Source of the DNA: a virus
DNA length: 64,000 nucleotides
Virus record (IMG/VR): IMGVR_UViG_3300037461_001312
Coordinates: 8,037-72,036 of that record
Strand: one strand, 5' to 3'
Shown piece after piece: positions 62,679-64,000 of the stretch. Numbering within the stretch: the first letter of the stretch is position 1; each line of letters begins with the position of its first letter. The position numbers and the translations under genes are program-made. The notes beneath the pieces are model-generated. The model was not told the DNA's origin. It did no database searches and saw only the letters and a list, made by a program, of their open reading frames with translations.

Positions 62679-64000
62679 TCACCTCCCCGCGAATCTGTCT
62701 CTCGCTTGGAACTCCCTCTTCTCATGATCGTACTCCATATACTTCGGCTTGAACAGGCAGATGTAACGCACGGTGTCTGCCCAGTCCTTGTAGTCCTCTT
62801 CCGGCTGGTCCGTGCCTATCTTGTAACGATATTTCCTCATACTCTCTATCGGCCCGTCGAGTCCACGGCACCGGTCGAGGAACACCAGCCCCGGGACGTC
62901 GCGATCGGCGAGCTTGAAGAACTGGGGCCGGAGATACGCGCGGACGGTCTTGTGCCCTAGCTCGACGGACCCCGGCTTGGAGTAGGACAGCTCTATGTAG
63001 CCGATGTTGACCTCGTTCAGCTTCTCCTCCCAGTTCACCGGCTCCTCCACGTTCATGGTCACCGTGCGCTTTCTCCCGTACTTCGCGTCCAATAGTATGG
63101 CGTAGGGGCCCTTGTCCATGTAGCCCAGGTCCAGGCGCTTCTGCTTAACCGCCTTGGCCATCTCGACTATGGTCATGGAGGAGTGGAGATTGAGGTAGTC
63201 GATGACGAAGATGCGGTGTACCACCTCGTCGTCCACCGTGATCTCCTGCGGCGCCACCGCGGCGAAGATCCACTTCGTCGGCTTCGCGTCGTGCGGGTCG
63301 ACGGATTCGATCCTGGTCCAGTGGCGGGGCACGTCGAACGTCGGCATCACGTACGGGTCCTCGTCCCTGAAACTGCTGTAGATTACGCTTCCTGAGTCCA
63401 TCCATTTCCCCAATACCCTCGCGTCGTATTCCTCGCGGGGGACGATTTTGACGAATTCCGCGATGGCGTCATCGGTGAGGAACCCGCCGTTGCGCGTGCT
63501 GTTCTGCCAGATGTCGCCTGCCTCCACGACTCTCGTGCTGTGGTCTGTCCCGCCGTAGTCGATGCTGACGTCGGCGAAGTCGCGGATCCAGGGCTCTTTG
63601 AGGCTGGTGAAGGTCATGTAGGAGACACCGTCGGTAGGGAGGAGACCGCGCTCGGCGGAGACGAAGTGCTTATACGGCGGGGGCTCGTCCCAATGGAGCC
63701 AGGCCTGGTCGATGCCCTCGAACGTCTCCGGATCCATGTCCATACTCCGGAAGTGTACTACGGAGCCGAGGGGCTTGCCGAGCAGGTCGCAGTTGAGGAC
63801 TATGCGGACGATGACCCCCTGGGCGTTCTTCTTCGTCTCCGCGCGGCAGATCTTGGGGACCCAGTGGAGGTATTCCGGGACCAGCTTCTTGTCTATGGCT
63901 TGAGTCAGCTGTTCGCCCACTACGAGTCCCACGTTCGGCAGGATCCAGTTGGGGATGCGGCGCAGGGGGTGGTCGTCGGGCAGGAACGGGTGTTCGCCTA
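62679..64000 (-). CDS. terL: Terminase large subunit (5' end beyond the window)
   Basis: Walker B WLHWDEPP, YMTFT, ARVLGKW, nuclease SVDPHD, DWADTVRY; frame open to the window edge. Confidence 0.9.
   Translation of the reverse strand, partial: GEHPFLPDDHPLRRIPNWILPNVGLVVGEQLTQAIDKKLVPEYLHWVPKICRAETKKNAQGVIVRIVLNCDLLGKPLGSVVHFRSMDMDPETFEGIDQAWLHWDEPPPYKHFVSAERGLLPTDGVSYMTFTSLKEPWIRDFADVSIDYGGTDHSTRVVEAGDIWQNSTRNGGFLTDDAIAEFVKIVPREEYDARVLGKWMDSGSVIYSSFRDEDPYVMPTFDVPRHWTRIESVDPHDAKPTKWIFAAVAPQEITVDDEVVHRIFVIDYLNLHSSMTIVEMAKAVKQKRLDLGYMDKGPYAILLDAKYGRKRTVTMNVEEPVNWEEKLNEVNIGYIELSYSKPGSVELGHKTVRAYLRPQFFKLADRDVPGLVFLDRCRGLDGPIESMRKYRYKIGTDQPEEDYKDWADTVRYICLFKPKYMEYDHEKREFQARDRFAGR

Overview
A 64-kb piece of a GC-rich dsDNA tailed phage genome with podovirus-type architecture. 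The host is probably a diderm bacterium, judged from a lipoprotein in the lysis cassette and sigma70-type promoters. There are three blocks. (1) 1-3346, minus strand: early genes including a MoxR-like AAA+ ATPase and Zn-finger proteins. (2) 3711-16798, plus strand: HTH regulators, DinG helicase, PD-(D/E)XK nuclease, AAA_24 ATPase, ERCC4 nuclease, a UDG-PolA fusion flanked by two HNH endonucleases, and a candidate structured RNA. (3) 16788-64000, minus strand: a late operon reading terminase (truncated by the window edge), GT9 glycosyltransferase, GroES, portal, scaffold, major capsid, LAGLIDADG endonuclease, capsid accessory and three GT2-like genes, signal-peptide-bearing fibre/lectin genes, tail adaptor/nozzle, ejection proteins including a 3507-aa polyvalent protein, and lysis genes. 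The most striking feature is the ejection-protein module. Two unrelated proteins share a ~31-aa acidic leader ending GPVAxC, they bracket a spermidine synthase and a GNAT-like gene, and an AdoMet decarboxylase plus a very basic peptide close the module. All family assignments come from motif recognition by eye; no database search was run.
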